Below, piece by piece: positions 25,437 to 36,616 of a DNA stretch of 64,000 nucleotides. The DNA comes from Marinobacter sp. Its GTDB lineage: Bacteria; Pseudomonadota; Gammaproteobacteria; Pseudomonadales; Oleiphilaceae. How positions within the stretch are numbered: position 1 is the first letter of the stretch; the number at the start of each line of letters is the position of its first letter. The stretch spans positions 14,410-78,409 of the forward strand of contig NZ_JAWVZL010000002.1 in NCBI RefSeq assembly GCF_033722195.1. Reading direction: 5' to 3'. Made by a program: the position numbers and the translations under genes. The notes under the pieces are model-generated. The model was not told the DNA's origin and did not search any database. It saw only the letters and a program-made list of their open reading frames with translations.

Positions 25437-26657
25437 TTAAAGGTCGATACCGTCCATCTTGGCGACGGTGTTGATGTCCTTGTCGCCGCGGCCGGAGACG
25501 TTGATGACTATCATCTTGTCCTTGTCCATCTCGCCGGCCAGCTTGATGGCGTAGGACACCGCATGGGCGGTCTCCAGCGCCGGCATGATGCCCTCGACAC
25601 GGGTCAGTTGGTGGAAGCCTTCCATCGCCTCGTCATCCGTGACCGAAACGTACTTGGCGCGGCCTATGTCCTTCAACCAGCTGTGTTCGGGGCCAACGCC
25701 CGGGTAGTCCAGACCGGCGCTGACGGAGTGGGTACCGGCGATCTGGCCGTTCTCGTCTTCCATCAGGTAGGTGCGGTTGCCGTGCAGCACGCCCGGGCGC
25801 CCGGCGGACAGGGGTGCGGCATGCTTGCCGGTATCAATGCCAAGACCACCGGCCTCGACACCGTAGAGTTCCACACTTTCATCGGTGAGGAATGGATAGA
25901 ACATGCCGATGGCGTTGGAGCCACCACCGACGCAGGCTACCAGGGCATCCGGCAGCTTGCCGGCCTGGCGCAGGGATTGTTCCCGGGTCTCGCGGCCAAT
26001 GACCGACTGGAAGTCCCTCACCAGCAATGGATAGGGGTGCGGACCGGCGACGGTGCCGATAATGTAGAAGGTGTCGTCAACGTTGGTGACCCAGTCCCGC
26101 ATGGCGTCGTTCATGGCGTCTTTCAGGGTGCGGGTGCCGCTGGTGACGGAATGCACCTGGGCTCCCAGCAGCTTCATGCGGTAGACGTTCAGGGACTGGC
26201 GCTGGACATCCTCCGCGCCCATGAAGATATGGCATTCCAGGCCCAGGCGGGCGCAGACGGTGGCGGTCGCCACGCCGTGCTGCCCGGCGCCGGTCTCGGC
26301 GATGATGCGTTTCTTGCCCAGGAAGCTGGCCAGCAGCGCCTGGCCAATGGTGTTGTTCACCTTGTGGGCGCCGGTGTGGTTCAGATCCTCCCGCTTCAGC
26401 CAGATCTGGGCGCCACCGGCTTTCCTGGTGAGGCGCTCGGCAAAATAGAGCGGGCTCGGGCGGCCGACGTAATCCGCCAGGTCCTTGTCGAACTGGGCCT
26501 GGAACTCCGGGTCCTTCTTGAGACGCAGGTACTCGCGCTCAAGGGTCATCAGGGAGTCCATCTGGGTTTCCGAGACAAAGCGACCGCCGTAGGCACCAAA
26601 ATGGCCGCGAGTGTCCGGAAGCATGGCAAGCATATCGTCAGTCAGTTTAATCGACAC
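25437..26657 (-). CDS. trpB: Tryptophan synthase beta chain
   Basis: [36 protein letters not shown]. Confidence 0.98.
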   Translation of the reverse strand: MSIKLTDDMLAMLPDTRGHFGAYGGRFVSETQMDSLMTLEREYLRLKKDPEFQAQFDKDLADYVGRPSPLYFAERLTRKAGGAQIWLKREDLNHTGAHKVNNTIGQALLASFLGKKRIIAETGAGQHGVATATVCARLGLECHIFMGAEDVQRQSLNVYRMKLLGAQVHSVTSGTRTLKDAMNDAMRDWVTNVDDTFYIIGTVAGPHPYPLLVRDFQSVIGRETREQSLRQAGKLPDALVACVGGGSNAIGMFYPFLTDESVELYGVEAGGLGIDTGKHAAPLSAGRPGVLHGNRTYLMEDENGQIAGTHSVSAGLDYPGVGPEHSWLKDIGRAKYVSVTDDEAMEGFHQLTRVEGIMPALETAHAVSYAIKLAGEMDKDKMIVINVSGRGDKDINTVAKMDGIDL

Positions 26658-27282
26658 GGTGAACCTCTCTCAGGAATTCGTTCATTCGGGACACGTCTTT
26701 GATGCCTTTTCTGGCGTCGGGTCCGGTCTGCTCGACCCCGCCGCTGACATCCACCGCCCAGGGCCTCACCTGCTCGATTGCGCGCGCTACGTTAGCAGAG
26801 TTCAGGCCACCGGCCAATATAAGCGGCAGCGGGCGGGTTGCGGGGATCAGCGACCAGTCGAAGCCCTGGCCGGTGCCACCGTAAAGCTGGGGATCGTAGG
26901 CATCCACCAGCAACCCAGACGCATTATGGTAAGCCCGGAAAGCCGCTTCAATGTCGGCCTGGCGCTGCACCCGCACCGCCTTGATCCAGCGCTGATGGAA
27001 GCTCTGGCAGAATTCCGGCGTCTCATCGCCGTGAAACTGCAGAAGATCCAGCGGAACCGCGGCCTGGACCTGCCGCACACGAGCTTCGGTGGGGTTCACG
27101 AACAGCCCCACCACACTCACAAAGGACGGTATGGCGCGGGCAATCCGGGCGGCCTGTTGCAGATCCACCGCCCGCGGGCTGGCCTCGTAGAACACCAGGC
27201 CGATGGCGTCAGCGCCTGCGGCAGCCGCGGCCTGGCCGTGCGCTTCGGTGGTAATGCCACAGATCTTGGTACGAGTGGTCAT
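26647..27282 (-). CDS. trpF: Phosphoribosylanthranilate isomerase
   Basis: [29 protein letters not shown]. Confidence 0.96.
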   Translation of the reverse strand: MTTRTKICGITTEAHGQAAAAAGADAIGLVFYEASPRAVDLQQAARIARAIPSFVSVVGLFVNPTEARVRQVQAAVPLDLLQFHGDETPEFCQSFHQRWIKAVRVQRQADIEAAFRAYHNASGLLVDAYDPQLYGGTGQGFDWSLIPATRPLPLILAGGLNSANVARAIEQVRPWAVDVSGGVEQTGPDARKGIKDVSRMNEFLREVHRVD

Positions 27283-28169
27283 GGGTTTTTGCTCACTTTG
27301 CTGTCAGCCGCGCCGGCAATCGCCGGCTCAAACCAGGCCCGGGTAAATGCGGGGCCAGGCCGGCTCGGCGGCAGTCCATAGCCTTCCGGGTAGCCCACAT
27401 CCACCAGATACAGACCAAAGGGTGGCGCGGTCACACCCGCCAGAGTCCGGTCACGGGCCTCCAGTATGTCACGAATCCAGGCTTCGGGTCGCTCGCCACT
27501 ACCCACCGCCATCAGGGCTCCGGCCATATTCCGCACCATGTGGTGCAGGAACGCATTGGCCTGGACATCGATGACCACGTAATCACCGTGGCGAGATACC
27601 GTTATCCGGTGCAGGTTGCGGTTCGGGGTGCGGGACTGGCAGCCAGCGGCGCGAAAGGATGAGAAATCCTGCTCACCACAGAGCACCTGGGCGGCCCGGT
27701 GCATGCGCTGCGCATCCAGCGGTCGGTAGGTCCAGGACACCTGGTTGCGGAGAATGGCCGGCCGCACAGGGTGGTTGTAGAGGATGTAGCGGTAGCGGCG
27801 ATAGCTGGCGCTGAAACGGGCGTGGAAGCTGTCGTCCACGTTGCCGGCCCAATGCACCGACACAGCACCGGACATGGCGGTATTGATCCCCATCACCCAG
27901 GAGCGCAGGTTGCGCACCGAGGGCGTGTCGAAGTGCACTACCTGGTAGCTGGCGTGAACCCCGGCATCGGTGCGGCCAGCGCACACCAGTTCCACCGGAT
28001 GGTCAGCCACCCGTGCCACGGCCCGTGCCAGCATGGCTTCCACCGAGGGCACACCGGACTTCTGCAGCTGCCAGCCGTGAAAGGCGGCGCCGTCATACTC
28101 GAAGATCAGCGCGACACGGCCATTGCCGATGGCGTTGTCGGTGGTCAGTTCCTGCGGGGTTGCGAACAC
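27279..28169 (-). CDS. truA: tRNA pseudouridine(38-40) synthase
   Basis: [32 protein letters not shown]. Confidence 0.96.
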   Translation of the reverse strand: MFATPQELTTDNAIGNGRVALIFEYDGAAFHGWQLQKSGVPSVEAMLARAVARVADHPVELVCAGRTDAGVHASYQVVHFDTPSVRNLRSWVMGINTAMSGAVSVHWAGNVDDSFHARFSASYRRYRYILYNHPVRPAILRNQVSWTYRPLDAQRMHRAAQVLCGEQDFSSFRAAGCQSRTPNRNLHRITVSRHGDYVVIDVQANAFLHHMVRNMAGALMAVGSGERPEAWIRDILEARDRTLAGVTAPPFGLYLVDVGYPEGYGLPPSRPGPAFTRAWFEPAIAGAADSKVSKNP

Positions 28170-28194
28170 GGAAATTACCGGTCAGTAGTGCCAG

Positions 28195-28235
28195 ACAAAG
28201 AAAAGCGCCGGTGTCCTGCTCGGACCACCGGCGCT
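28195..28235 (-). terminator. Intrinsic terminator-like hairpin between fimV and truA
   Basis: AGCGCCGGTG...CACCGGCGCT stem followed on minus strand by TTTTCTTT. Confidence 0.65.
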
Positions 28236-28264
28236 GCTCTTACAGGGTTGGCAATTATACCCGA

Positions 28265-31200
28265 TCAGGACAGATTTTTAAGCATGTCCCGGGCTTCGTT
28301 CTTCTGGGCCTCGTCGCCTTCCAGGGCTACTTCTTCCAGGATGTCCCGGGCACCGTCCGCGTCACCCATCTCGATGTAAGCGCGGGCCAGGTCCAGCTTG
28401 GTAGCGGCTTCATCGGTACCGGACAGGAAATCGAAGTCGTCTTCGTCACCCAGGTCGGACTCATCGATGTCGCGGCTTTCAGGCTTGCCGGCCTTGGGCG
28501 CTTCCGCTTCCGGTTCCTCGGACTTCTCGGGCTCGATCACCGGTGCCTCATCGGCCTCGGGCTCCTTATCCTTGGCTGGCTCCTCGCTTTCCTCGAGCGT
28601 GTCTTCCAGGTCCAGCTCCTCGTCGAGGGAAGGCTCTTCCTCCTCGCCGGGCTTGCCGGATTCGCGATCCGCCACTTCTTCCATCAGTGCCAGATCCTCG
28701 TCGGAAACATCCAGCTCCAGGTCTTCCAGGGTATTGTCGGCCAGGGTCTCGCCCTCGGCCTCATCCTCGCCGGCCACTTTCTCAAGCTCGGCATCCAGCT
28801 CATCGAGGAAGGACTCATCCAGGCTGCCGTCGTCGGAGGTCACCAGGGCCTCCTCCTCGTCCAGAGGGGTTTCCTTGCGGTCGACCTCGTCACCCGTCTC
28901 GACATTGTCGATGCCGGCCTCGTCCAGTTCCAGCGACGCGAATTCGTCCTCCAGGTCCAGTTCCTTCTCGGTGACCGCCTTCTCCTCAGGCGCCTCATCG
29001 GTCTCGGCCAGTTCGTCGGCTTCGTCCAGGGTGGTGTCGGTCTCGAAGTCGATGCTGTAGTCGTCTTCCCCGGAGTCCTTCTCCAGTTCCCGGCTCAGAC
29101 TCTCGAGGTCTTCGTCGGACACCTCCTCGGCTTCCTCCACCTCGGATTCGTCCTTGGCATCGAGAACCGACAGGTCATAGTTGATGGCCTGGTCGTCCTT
29201 GCGCTCTTCGGTGTCTTCGCCCTCAAGCAGAGACTCTTCGTCCAGCTGCAGGTCGTCGAACTCGTCGGACCCTTCGTCCCGCTTTTCCTCGCCCTTCGGC
29301 TCGTCCTTGCTGGCTTCGGACTCCTCGAAGCCGGCGAAACCCTCACTCAGGAAGGCGTCTTCGCCCTCGAACCGATCCTCGGACTTCGCGGACTCCCGCT
29401 CGCTTTCCGCTTCAGGACTGCCCGAACGAAGCTGGGATTCCAGGTCGTCGATGCTGGGCATGGCCTCGGCTTCTTCCAGGCGCGCACGCAGGGCTTCCGC
29501 TTCGGCGGTGGCGTCGGCATCTTCCAGGGCTTCAAGCTCTCCCAACTGCTTTTCGAAGGCGTCCCGGTCCTGGCTGTCGGCATAGACGCCCAGCAGCTTC
29601 AGGCGCAGGTCGGTGCGGCTCGGCTCCCGGGAAATGGCGTTTTCCAGGGCCTGGGCGGCCTGATCAAGACGACCGTAGGCAATGTAGACGTCGGCATCCG
29701 CCAGCGGGTCAGCGCCCTCGGGGGTCTTGCCGGTGTCTTCCTCGTCCAGGGTCAGATCAAAATGATCGGTCTCACCTTCGGTCTCACTGTTGAGCTGCTC
29801 GTAGAAAGCTTTCTCCCGATTGGCGTTGCGACGGGCCAGCAAGAGCAACAACAGCAACAGCACGATCAGACCGCCACCGAGACCCACCTGATACAGGGGG
29901 TTGGACTTGATCTGATCGATCAGGTCACCCGGAAAACCCTTGGCCTTGGGCTCGGATTCTGCCGGGGCCGGAGCCTCCGCGGGCTTCTCTTCTGCCACTG
30001 GCGCAGCAGCTGCTTCCGGCTCCGCCCGTGCGTCAGTCATCGCCGGTGCATCTGCCTCGGGCGCTTCTGCCCCCTCGCCGGTCCCGGCCGGCGCGTCGGC
30101 TTCGGGCTGATCGGGTTGTACCGGTGCCTCTTCTCCGGGCGCCATCTCGGCCTGCTCGCCATCCATCGCCGGCTCGGGCTCTGCGGCGGGTTCCTGGGTG
30201 GCGGTGGCATCGGCGTCTACAGCGACCGGAACATCCTCAGCCGCGTCCGCAGCTTCCGGTGCCGGCGGGGCATCCTCGGCGGTAACCTGGGGCTCCTGGT
30301 CCACTCCGGCCTGCTGCATTTCGGCCAGTTGGCTGTTCTTCAGTTCAATCAGGCGCTGCAGGGTCTCCACCTGCTCCTGCATATCCTGGAGACGGGACGA
30401 CAACTCCTCATTCTCGCGCCGGGCGCGATCGAGCTCTTCCAGCGCTACGGCCTGGCCGGCATCGGCCGTGCCGGCGCCGGTACCGGTACCACCGGCAGAA
30501 GCGCCGTCGTCGGTACCGAGGGGCTGAGCGTCGTCGGCGGCAATCAGGCGCAGCTCATCGCCGGCGGGTGCCGGTGCTGCCGCGCCAGCAGCGCCCTCGC
30601 CTGGCCTGGCTTCGGTAGCGTCCACCACCCGGCGCTGGTCCTGGATGGCCTGGTTCTGGGCCCTGACCTGACGGTTGGCTTCGGCCTGGCTGCGCTGCTG
30701 AATCTGGTCCAGGGACGGAATACGCAGGACTTCACCGCGCTTGAGGCGGTTGATGTTGTTGTCCAGGAAGGCGTCGGGGTTGAGGTCCTGGATGGCCAGC
30801 ATCACCTGCTGGGTGCTGACATCCGCACTGGGCTTGACTGAGGACGCAATACCCCAGAGCGTGTCGGACGGCCCCGTCGGACCAAAGGTGTTGGCGGCAC
30901 GGCCGGTGGTTACTGTCTGCCGGGTGGGCTGCTGTGTCCGCGTGGGCTGCTGGGTCCGGGCGGGTTCGGTGCGTGCGGCCGGGGCGGACGGGGCCTGAAC
31001 CTGCTCTGCCAGGCCCGAGCGCTCGGCGTATACCGGCGGATCCAGCAGTACCGAGTACTCCCTCAGCAGCCGGCCGCTGGGCCAGGTCAGCTCAACCAGG
31101 AAGTTCAGGTAGGGTTCGCGCACCGGCTCGCGGGAGGTGACATTCACCACCAGCTGGCCGTTGGGCGCGCGCTCCACATTGAACCGGAGATTGGTAAGGA

Positions 31201-31426
31201 AAAAGGCCCGGGGAATACCGAGTCTTTCATAACTTTGCGGCGAAGCGAGTTCGACGATGATGTTTTCGGGATCGACGCCGTCTGTCTGCCGCAACGCAAT
31301 GTCTGCGTCCAGCGGCTCGTTCAGAAACGACTGAATTTCAACTTCACCCAACCCCAACGCCTGAGCGACACCAGAGCCAAGCCCTCCCGCAAGAGCCAGG
31401 GCAACCGCAAGCTTGCGTACCTTCAT
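28265..31426 (-). CDS. fimV: FimV/HubP polar landmark protein
   Basis: AQALGLGEVEIQSFLNEPL N-terminus, LysM (DTLWGIA), TM, very acidic linker, C-terminal ATKLDLARAYIEMGD. Confidence 0.94.
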   Translation of the reverse strand: MKVRKLAVALALAGGLGSGVAQALGLGEVEIQSFLNEPLDADIALRQTDGVDPENIIVELASPQSYERLGIPRAFFLTNLRFNVERAPNGQLVVNVTSREPVREPYLNFLVELTWPSGRLLREYSVLLDPPVYAERSGLAEQVQAPSAPAARTEPARTQQPTRTQQPTRQTVTTGRAANTFGPTGPSDTLWGIASSVKPSADVSTQQVMLAIQDLNPDAFLDNNINRLKRGEVLRIPSLDQIQQRSQAEANRQVRAQNQAIQDQRRVVDATEARPGEGAAGAAAPAPAGDELRLIAADDAQPLGTDDGASAGGTGTGAGTADAGQAVALEELDRARRENEELSSRLQDMQEQVETLQRLIELKNSQLAEMQQAGVDQEPQVTAEDAPPAPEAADAAEDVPVAVDADATATQEPAAEPEPAMDGEQAEMAPGEEAPVQPDQPEADAPAGTGEGAEAPEADAPAMTDARAEPEAAAAPVAEEKPAEAPAPAESEPKAKGFPGDLIDQIKSNPLYQVGLGGGLIVLLLLLLLLARRNANREKAFYEQLNSETEGETDHFDLTLDEEDTGKTPEGADPLADADVYIAYGRLDQAAQALENAISREPSRTDLRLKLLGVYADSQDRDAFEKQLGELEALEDADATAEAEALRARLEEAEAMPSIDDLESQLRSGSPEAESERESAKSEDRFEGEDAFLSEGFAGFEESEASKDEPKGEEKRDEGSDEFDDLQLDEESLLEGEDTEERKDDQAINYDLSVLDAKDESEVEEAEEVSDEDLESLSRELEKDSGEDDYSIDFETDTTLDEADELAETDEAPEEKAVTEKELDLEDEFASLELDEAGIDNVETGDEVDRKETPLDEEEALVTSDDGSLDESFLDELDAELEKVAGEDEAEGETLADNTLEDLELDVSDEDLALMEEVADRESGKPGEEEEPSLDEELDLEDTLEESEEPAKDKEPEADEAPVIEPEKSEEPEAEAPKAGKPESRDIDESDLGDEDDFDFLSGTDEAATKLDLARAYIEMGDADGARDILEEVALEGDEAQKNEARDMLKNLS

Positions 31427-31734
31427 GCTTTTTCCTTACCAGTCTCCGTTATTCGTTACTGCTTTTTCAAACAGAATCGGACGAGGTTGGATGACTTGTC
31501 ATTGTTCATTTCATCGAAACGATTTTCTAGTTTTTATATGTAGGGTCGTGTTACCGACCCGAACCACCGCATTACAATCCCGCAAGTATTGTTGATAAAT
31601 GCAGTTTTATCAATCAATCAGAATCACTCGTTGTACCAGTGGTTCACAAAGCCGCCGGAACTGTCTGTCGTTACTGGCCACCCTTGGCAGAGTCTAGTCC
31701 AAGGCTGACGGGAAGGTGAACAAATCGACCCGGT

Positions 31735-31775
31735 AAAATAACAGGGGCGGAGGCTGAAAACAGCCTCCGCCCCTG
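31735..31775 (-). terminator. Intrinsic terminator after asd
   Basis: Perfect 15-bp stem CAGGGGCGGAGGCTG-aaaa-CAGCCTCCGCCCCTG, then TTATTTT on minus strand. Confidence 0.8.
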
Positions 31776-31810
31776 ACCGCCTGGTAAAAACCGGACGCAG
31801 TTGGCAGTTC

Positions 31811-32926
31811 CTAGCGCTCCTGCAGGATGCGCAGCATCCGGCGCAGCGGCTCGGCGGCGCCCCACAGCAGCTGGTCGCCCACGGTGAACGCGGAGATGTA
31901 CTCCGGACCCATGGCCAGCTTACGGATACGGCCGATGGGCACACTCAGGGTGCCGGTCACCTTGGTGGGGGTGAGCTCGTCCATGCTGGCCTGGCGTTCA
32001 TTGGGAACCACTTTGACCCAATCGTTACCCTTGGCCAGGATGCCCTCGATTTCCTTGACCGACAGATCCTTGCGCAGCTTGATGGTCAGCGCCTGGCTGT
32101 GGCTGCGCATCGCGCCGATTCGGACGCAGATACCATCGATGGGAATGGGATTGCCGGTGCGACCCAGGATCTTGTTGGTCTCAACCCCGGCTTTCCACTC
32201 TTCCTTGCTCTGGCCACTGTCCAGCTGCTTGTCGATGAACGGTATCAGGCTGCCCGCCAGGGGCACGCCGAAATGTTCGGTGGGGAACTCCGGCGAGCGC
32301 ATGGTCTCGGTCACCTGGCGATCGATCTGCAGGATCGCGGACGACGGGTCCGCCAGCAAATCGGCCACCTTGTTGTTGAGGGTTCCCATCTGGCTGAGCA
32401 GTTCGCGCATATTCTGCGCGCCGGAACCGGACGCCGCCTGGTAGGTCATCGGCGACACCCACTCGATCAGGTCCTGCTCCAGCAGGCCACCGAGGGCCAG
32501 CATCATCAGGCTGACGGTGCAATTGCCACCGATGTAGTCCTTGATGCCTTCATCCAGGGCCTTGTCGATAACCTTGCGGTTGACCGGATCCAGCACGATC
32601 ACCGAGTGATCCGCCATACGCAGCGTGGATGCGGCGTCAATCCAGTAACCCTGCCAGCCGGCTTCCCGCAGTTTGCCGTAGACCTCACCGGTGTAGTCGC
32701 CGCCCTGACAGGTGACGATCACGTCCATTTCCTGGAGTGCTTCCAGGTCGAAGGCGTCCTTCAATGGAGGTACGTCCGCCTTGCCTACGTCCGGTGCGGC
32801 CTGGCCGGCCTGTGACGTGGAGAAAAACACCGGATTGATGTCGGCGAAATCGTTCTCTTCCTGCATGCGCTGCATGAGGACCGAGCCCACCATGCCGCGC
32901 CATCCAATTAGTCCAACTCGCTTCAT
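31811..32926 (-). CDS. asd: Aspartate-semialdehyde dehydrogenase
   Basis: [36 protein letters not shown]. Confidence 0.97.
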   Translation of the reverse strand: MKRVGLIGWRGMVGSVLMQRMQEENDFADINPVFFSTSQAGQAAPDVGKADVPPLKDAFDLEALQEMDVIVTCQGGDYTGEVYGKLREAGWQGYWIDAASTLRMADHSVIVLDPVNRKVIDKALDEGIKDYIGGNCTVSLMMLALGGLLEQDLIEWVSPMTYQAASGSGAQNMRELLSQMGTLNNKVADLLADPSSAILQIDRQVTETMRSPEFPTEHFGVPLAGSLIPFIDKQLDSGQSKEEWKAGVETNKILGRTGNPIPIDGICVRIGAMRSHSQALTIKLRKDLSVKEIEGILAKGNDWVKVVPNERQASMDELTPTKVTGTLSVPIGRIRKLAMGPEYISAFTVGDQLLWGAAEPLRRMLRILQER

Positions 32927-33065
32927 GTGCGACCTTTGAACCTCGTTTTATGCCCGCCCTGAACCTATGTCGCCGGTTCCGGACAGGATGAGTGATCCCG
33001 CGGTGGCGGCATCGTGCCACCGTCGGGTCGAAAAAAGCGGATTGCCTTGCGTGTCGCGCTACGGC

Positions 33066-34139
33066 TCAGAGCGCCGCCAGCACCGCGTTACCCATCTCCT
33101 CGGTGCCAACCTTGCGGCCATCGGCCGACAGGATGTCGGCGGTACGCAGGCCCTGGTCCAGCACCTTGCTGACTGCCGCTTCGATGGCCTGGGCGGCGGC
33201 TTCCGCGTTCAGGCTGTAGCGCAGCATCATGGCGACCGACAGGATGGTCGCCAGCGGATTGGCGATGCCCTGGCCCGCTATATCCGGTGCGGAGCCATGG
33301 CAGGGCTCATACATTCCCTGCTTTTCCGCGTTCATGGACGCGGAAGGCAGCATGCCAATGGAGCCGGTCAGCATCGCCGCTTCGTCGGATAGAATATCAC
33401 CAAACATGTTGCCGGTCACAATGACGTCGAACTGTTTCGGCGCCCGCACCAGCTGCATGGCGGCATTGTCCACGTACATGTGGCTGAGCTGGACGTCCGG
33501 GTACTCCTTGGCCAGGTCGCTCATGATTTCCCGCCACAGCACTGTCACTTCCAGCACGTTGGCCTTGTCCACGGAACAGAGTTTGCCATTGCGCTGCTGG
33601 GCGGCCTCGAAGGCCACACGGCCGATTCGGCGGATCTCCGACTCGCTGTAGACATAGGTGTTGAAGCCCTGGCGCTCACCACTGTCCAGGGTCCGGACAC
33701 CGCGAGGCTGACCGAAGTAGATGCCGCCGGTCAGCTCACGGACGATGAGGATATCCAGGCCGGACACCACCTCGGGCTTGAGCGAAGAAGCCGAGGCCAG
33801 TTGCGGATAGAGAATCGCGGGGCGCAGGTTGGCGAACAGCTGCAGGCCGGAGCGCAGGCCCAGCAGGCCCTTTTCCGGGCGCAGCGCCATTTCCAGACCG
33901 TCCCATTTCGGACCGCCCACCGCACCCAGCAGGATGGCGTCGGCTTTCTGGGCCAGCTCCATGGTCTCCTCCGGCAGTGGTACGCCGGTGGTGTCGATGG
34001 CGGCACCACCCACCAGACCGTGCTCGAAGCTCAGATCCAGTTTGAAATCCTCATTGACCTTGCATAGGACCTTTTCGGCCTCGGTGACGATTTCCGGGCC
34101 AATTCCATCGCCCGGCAACAGCAATACTGATCGACTCAT
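33066..34139 (-). CDS. leuB: 3-isopropylmalate dehydrogenase
   Basis: [31 protein letters not shown]. Confidence 0.97.
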   Translation of the reverse strand: MSRSVLLLPGDGIGPEIVTEAEKVLCKVNEDFKLDLSFEHGLVGGAAIDTTGVPLPEETMELAQKADAILLGAVGGPKWDGLEMALRPEKGLLGLRSGLQLFANLRPAILYPQLASASSLKPEVVSGLDILIVRELTGGIYFGQPRGVRTLDSGERQGFNTYVYSESEIRRIGRVAFEAAQQRNGKLCSVDKANVLEVTVLWREIMSDLAKEYPDVQLSHMYVDNAAMQLVRAPKQFDVIVTGNMFGDILSDEAAMLTGSIGMLPSASMNAEKQGMYEPCHGSAPDIAGQGIANPLATILSVAMMLRYSLNAEAAAQAIEAAVSKVLDQGLRTADILSADGRKVGTEEMGNAVLAAL

Positions 34140-34184
34140 CGTATTTTCCTATCAAATGCTTGATTCATTGTAAGGGTATCCAGA

Positions 34185-34292
34185 AAGCAGCTGGGCAGGT
34201 CTTTCCAAAACCGTCCGGAGCCAGGGATGGCGTAGGCCGAGCGTACATGGACGTATTTACAGCGTGTTTTGGAAAGACCTGCCCAGCTGCTT
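34185..34292. mobile_element. MITE/REP-like element: perfect 27-bp terminal inverted repeats around a 54-bp core
   Basis: AAGCAGCTGGGCAGGTCTTTCCAAAAC (34185-34211) and its exact reverse complement (34266-34292); mobility is inferred. Confidence 0.7.
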
Positions 34293-34304
34293 GTGCACCT
34301 AAAG

Positions 34305-34955
34305 CTATGGGCTGGGTGCGTTAAACAGCCAGGGCGCGGCCTGGCGGCGCTTGGCCTCGTAGTCCTGGATGGCGTCGGCGTCTTCCAGGGTGACGCCGAT
34401 ATCATCGAGACCGTTCAGCAGACAGTGGCGGCGGAAATCGTCCACCTCGAAACTGAAGGACTCGCCGGAGGGCGTGGTCACGGTTTTGGCTTCCAGGTCC
34501 ACCGCCAGCTTGTAACCCTCCTCACCCTCGCATTCCTGAAACAGGCGATCCACCACATCTTCAGGCAGAACAACGGGTAACAGGCCATTCTTGAAGCAGT
34601 TGTTGTAGAAGATATCGGCAAAACTGGGGGCTACGATCACCCGGAAACCGAAATCCTCAAGCGCCCAGGGGGCGTGCTCCCGGGAAGAACCACAGCCGAA
34701 GTTGCGGCGGGCCAGCAGCACGCTGGCGTTGCGGTAGCGGGCCTGGTTGAGCACGAAGTCCGGGTTCTCCGGACGCTGGCTGCAGTCCTGGTCCGGCTTG
34801 CCCTCGTCCAGGTAGCGCAACTCGTCGAACAGATTGGGGCCAAACCCGGTTCGCTTGATGGATTTCAGAAACTGCTTGGGGATGATCATGTCCGTGTCCA
34901 CATTGGACCGGTCAAGAGGTGCCACCACCCCGGTGTGAGTCTGCAATGCTCTCAT
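34305..34955 (-). CDS. leuD: 3-isopropylmalate dehydratase small subunit
   Basis: [28 protein letters not shown]. Confidence 0.97.
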   Translation of the reverse strand: MRALQTHTGVVAPLDRSNVDTDMIIPKQFLKSIKRTGFGPNLFDELRYLDEGKPDQDCSQRPENPDFVLNQARYRNASVLLARRNFGCGSSREHAPWALEDFGFRVIVAPSFADIFYNNCFKNGLLPVVLPEDVVDRLFQECEGEEGYKLAVDLEAKTVTTPSGESFSFEVDDFRRHCLLNGLDDIGVTLEDADAIQDYEAKRRQAAPWLFNAPSP

Positions 34956-34974
34956 GATGCTCTCCTCAAGCCGC

Positions 34975-36393
34975 TCAGTGGCTCAGTTCGCTGATGTCGG
35001 TGAAGTGGCCGGCGATGGCGGCGGCCGCGGCCATGGCGGGGCTGACCAGGTGGGTACGGCCACCAAAGCCCTGCCGACCCTCGAAGTTGCGGTTGGAGGT
35101 GGAGGCGCAGTGCTCACCCTGCCCCAGCTTGTCGGCGTTCATGGCCAGGCACATGGAGCAGCCCGGGTCGCGCCATTCCAGGCCCGCCTCCAGGAAAATC
35201 TTGTCCAGGCCCTCCTGCTCGGCCTGGGCCTTCACAAGACCGGAGCCCGGGACCACCATCGCCTGCTTGAGAGTCGGGGAGACCTTCTTGCCCTTCACCA
35301 CCGCTGCCGCCTGGCGCAGGTCCTCGATGCGGGAATTGGTACAGGAGCCGATGAACACCCGGTCCAGGCGGATCTGGGAAATCGGTGTATTGGGCGCCAG
35401 GCCCATGTATTTCAGGGCCCGCACGATGCCTTCGCGCTTGATGGGGTCGGCTTCCTGCTCCGGGTCCGGCACCTTGCCATCCACACCCACCACCATTTCC
35501 GGCGAGGTGCCCCAGGTCACCTGCGGCTTGATCTCCGCCGCGTCCAGTTCCACCACCTTGTCGAAAACCGCGTCGTCGTCACTGTGCAGGGTACGCCAGT
35601 AGGCCACCGCCTGGTCCCATTGCTCGCCCTTAGGGGCAAACGGGCGGCCGCGGACGTAGTCGATGGTGGTGTCGTCCACCGCCACCATGCCCACTCGAGC
35701 ACCGGCCTCGATGGCCATGTTGCAAATGGTCATGCGGGCTTCCATGGACAGCTTGCGGATGGCCTCACCACCGAATTCGATGGCGCAGCCGGTGCCGCCG
35801 GCGGTGCCGATCTTGCCGATGATGGCCAGCACCACGTCCTTGCCGGTGACGCTGGGAGCCAGGGTGCCGTTCACCTTCACCAGCATATTCTTCATTTTCT
35901 TTTGCACCAGGCACTGGGTCGCCAGCACGTGCTCGACTTCCGAGGTGCCGATGCCGTGGGCCAGGGTTCCAAAGGCGCCGTGGGTGGAGGTATGGGAGTC
36001 ACCGCAGACAATGGTCATGCCCGGCAGGGTGGCGCCCTGCTCCGGCCCGATGACGTGAACGATGCCCTGGCGCTGGTCCTTGATCTTGAACTCCAGGATG
36101 CCGAACTCGTCGCAGTTCTTGTCAAGGGTCTCGACCTGGATCCGGGACACCGGATCCACGATGCCCTCGATGCCCCGCGCCCGGTCGGTAGTCGGCACGT
36201 TATGGTCTGGCGTGGCCAGGTTGGCATCCAGCCGCCAGGGTTTACGGTTGGCCAGACGCAGCCCCTCGAACGCCTGCGGTGAGGTGACCTCGTGCAGCAG
36301 GTGCCGGTCGATGTAGATCAGGGCGGAACCGTCGTCCCGTTGCTTGACCAGATGGTCATCCCACAGTTTGTCGTACAGGGTCTTACCAGCCAT
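34975..36393 (-). CDS. leuC: 3-isopropylmalate dehydratase large subunit
   Basis: [12 protein letters not shown] start at 36393; HEVTSPQAF; FIGSCTN; GCSMCLAMN. Confidence 0.97.
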   Translation of the reverse strand: MAGKTLYDKLWDDHLVKQRDDGSALIYIDRHLLHEVTSPQAFEGLRLANRKPWRLDANLATPDHNVPTTDRARGIEGIVDPVSRIQVETLDKNCDEFGILEFKIKDQRQGIVHVIGPEQGATLPGMTIVCGDSHTSTHGAFGTLAHGIGTSEVEHVLATQCLVQKKMKNMLVKVNGTLAPSVTGKDVVLAIIGKIGTAGGTGCAIEFGGEAIRKLSMEARMTICNMAIEAGARVGMVAVDDTTIDYVRGRPFAPKGEQWDQAVAYWRTLHSDDDAVFDKVVELDAAEIKPQVTWGTSPEMVVGVDGKVPDPEQEADPIKREGIVRALKYMGLAPNTPISQIRLDRVFIGSCTNSRIEDLRQAAAVVKGKKVSPTLKQAMVVPGSGLVKAQAEQEGLDKIFLEAGLEWRDPGCSMCLAMNADKLGQGEHCASTSNRNFEGRQGFGGRTHLVSPAMAAAAAIAGHFTDISELSH

Positions 36394-36568
36394 GACAGCC
36401 TCCAGTGGCGCTCTCTCAGGTACTCTCTCGGTTATTACCTCAGGCACTCTCGCAGGGCTCCCTTACGCTCAAGCGTTCCTGTCCCCGGCGATGAGTCGAA
36501 GGAAGAATTCATTAGTCTATGGTAACGCGGCCCGACCCATAACCTCAATTCATGTTTATTATAAATAC

Positions 36569-36585
36569 CATTCCATACTAGAATG
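36569..36585. promoter_or_regulatory. Putative LysR-type box in leuC/LysR divergent promoter
   Basis: CATTC-N7-GAATG dyad matching T-N11-A; overlaps a TAGAAT -10-like hexamer. Confidence 0.5.
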
Positions 36586-36616
36586 CTGGCAATTATCCAT
36601 TCATGCAGGTGCCGTC

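Noticed and set aside
24604-27282. trpF-trpB-trpA inserted between truA and accD
   Set aside because: Differs from P. aeruginosa but is a common arrangement in related lineages.
28400-30500. Acidic and Ala/Pro/Glu quasi-repeats in fimV
   Set aside because: Normal low-complexity linker of FimV/HubP; no exact nucleotide repeat array.
28013-30841. 942-aa plus-strand ORF (also 19289-20899, 37683-39902, 58422-60548 and many shorter ones)
   Set aside because: Antisense or alternate-frame shadows of well-supported genes, expected from GC-rich codon bias; no SD or recognisable motifs.
36411-36456. CTCTCAGG motifs resembling a glycine riboswitch
   Set aside because: On the strand opposite leuC, and the required upstream GGAGAG and GCCGAAGG elements are missing.
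36435-36512. Possible leu attenuator peptide ([25 protein letters not shown])
   Set aside because: No Leu-codon run and no terminator/antiterminator pair.
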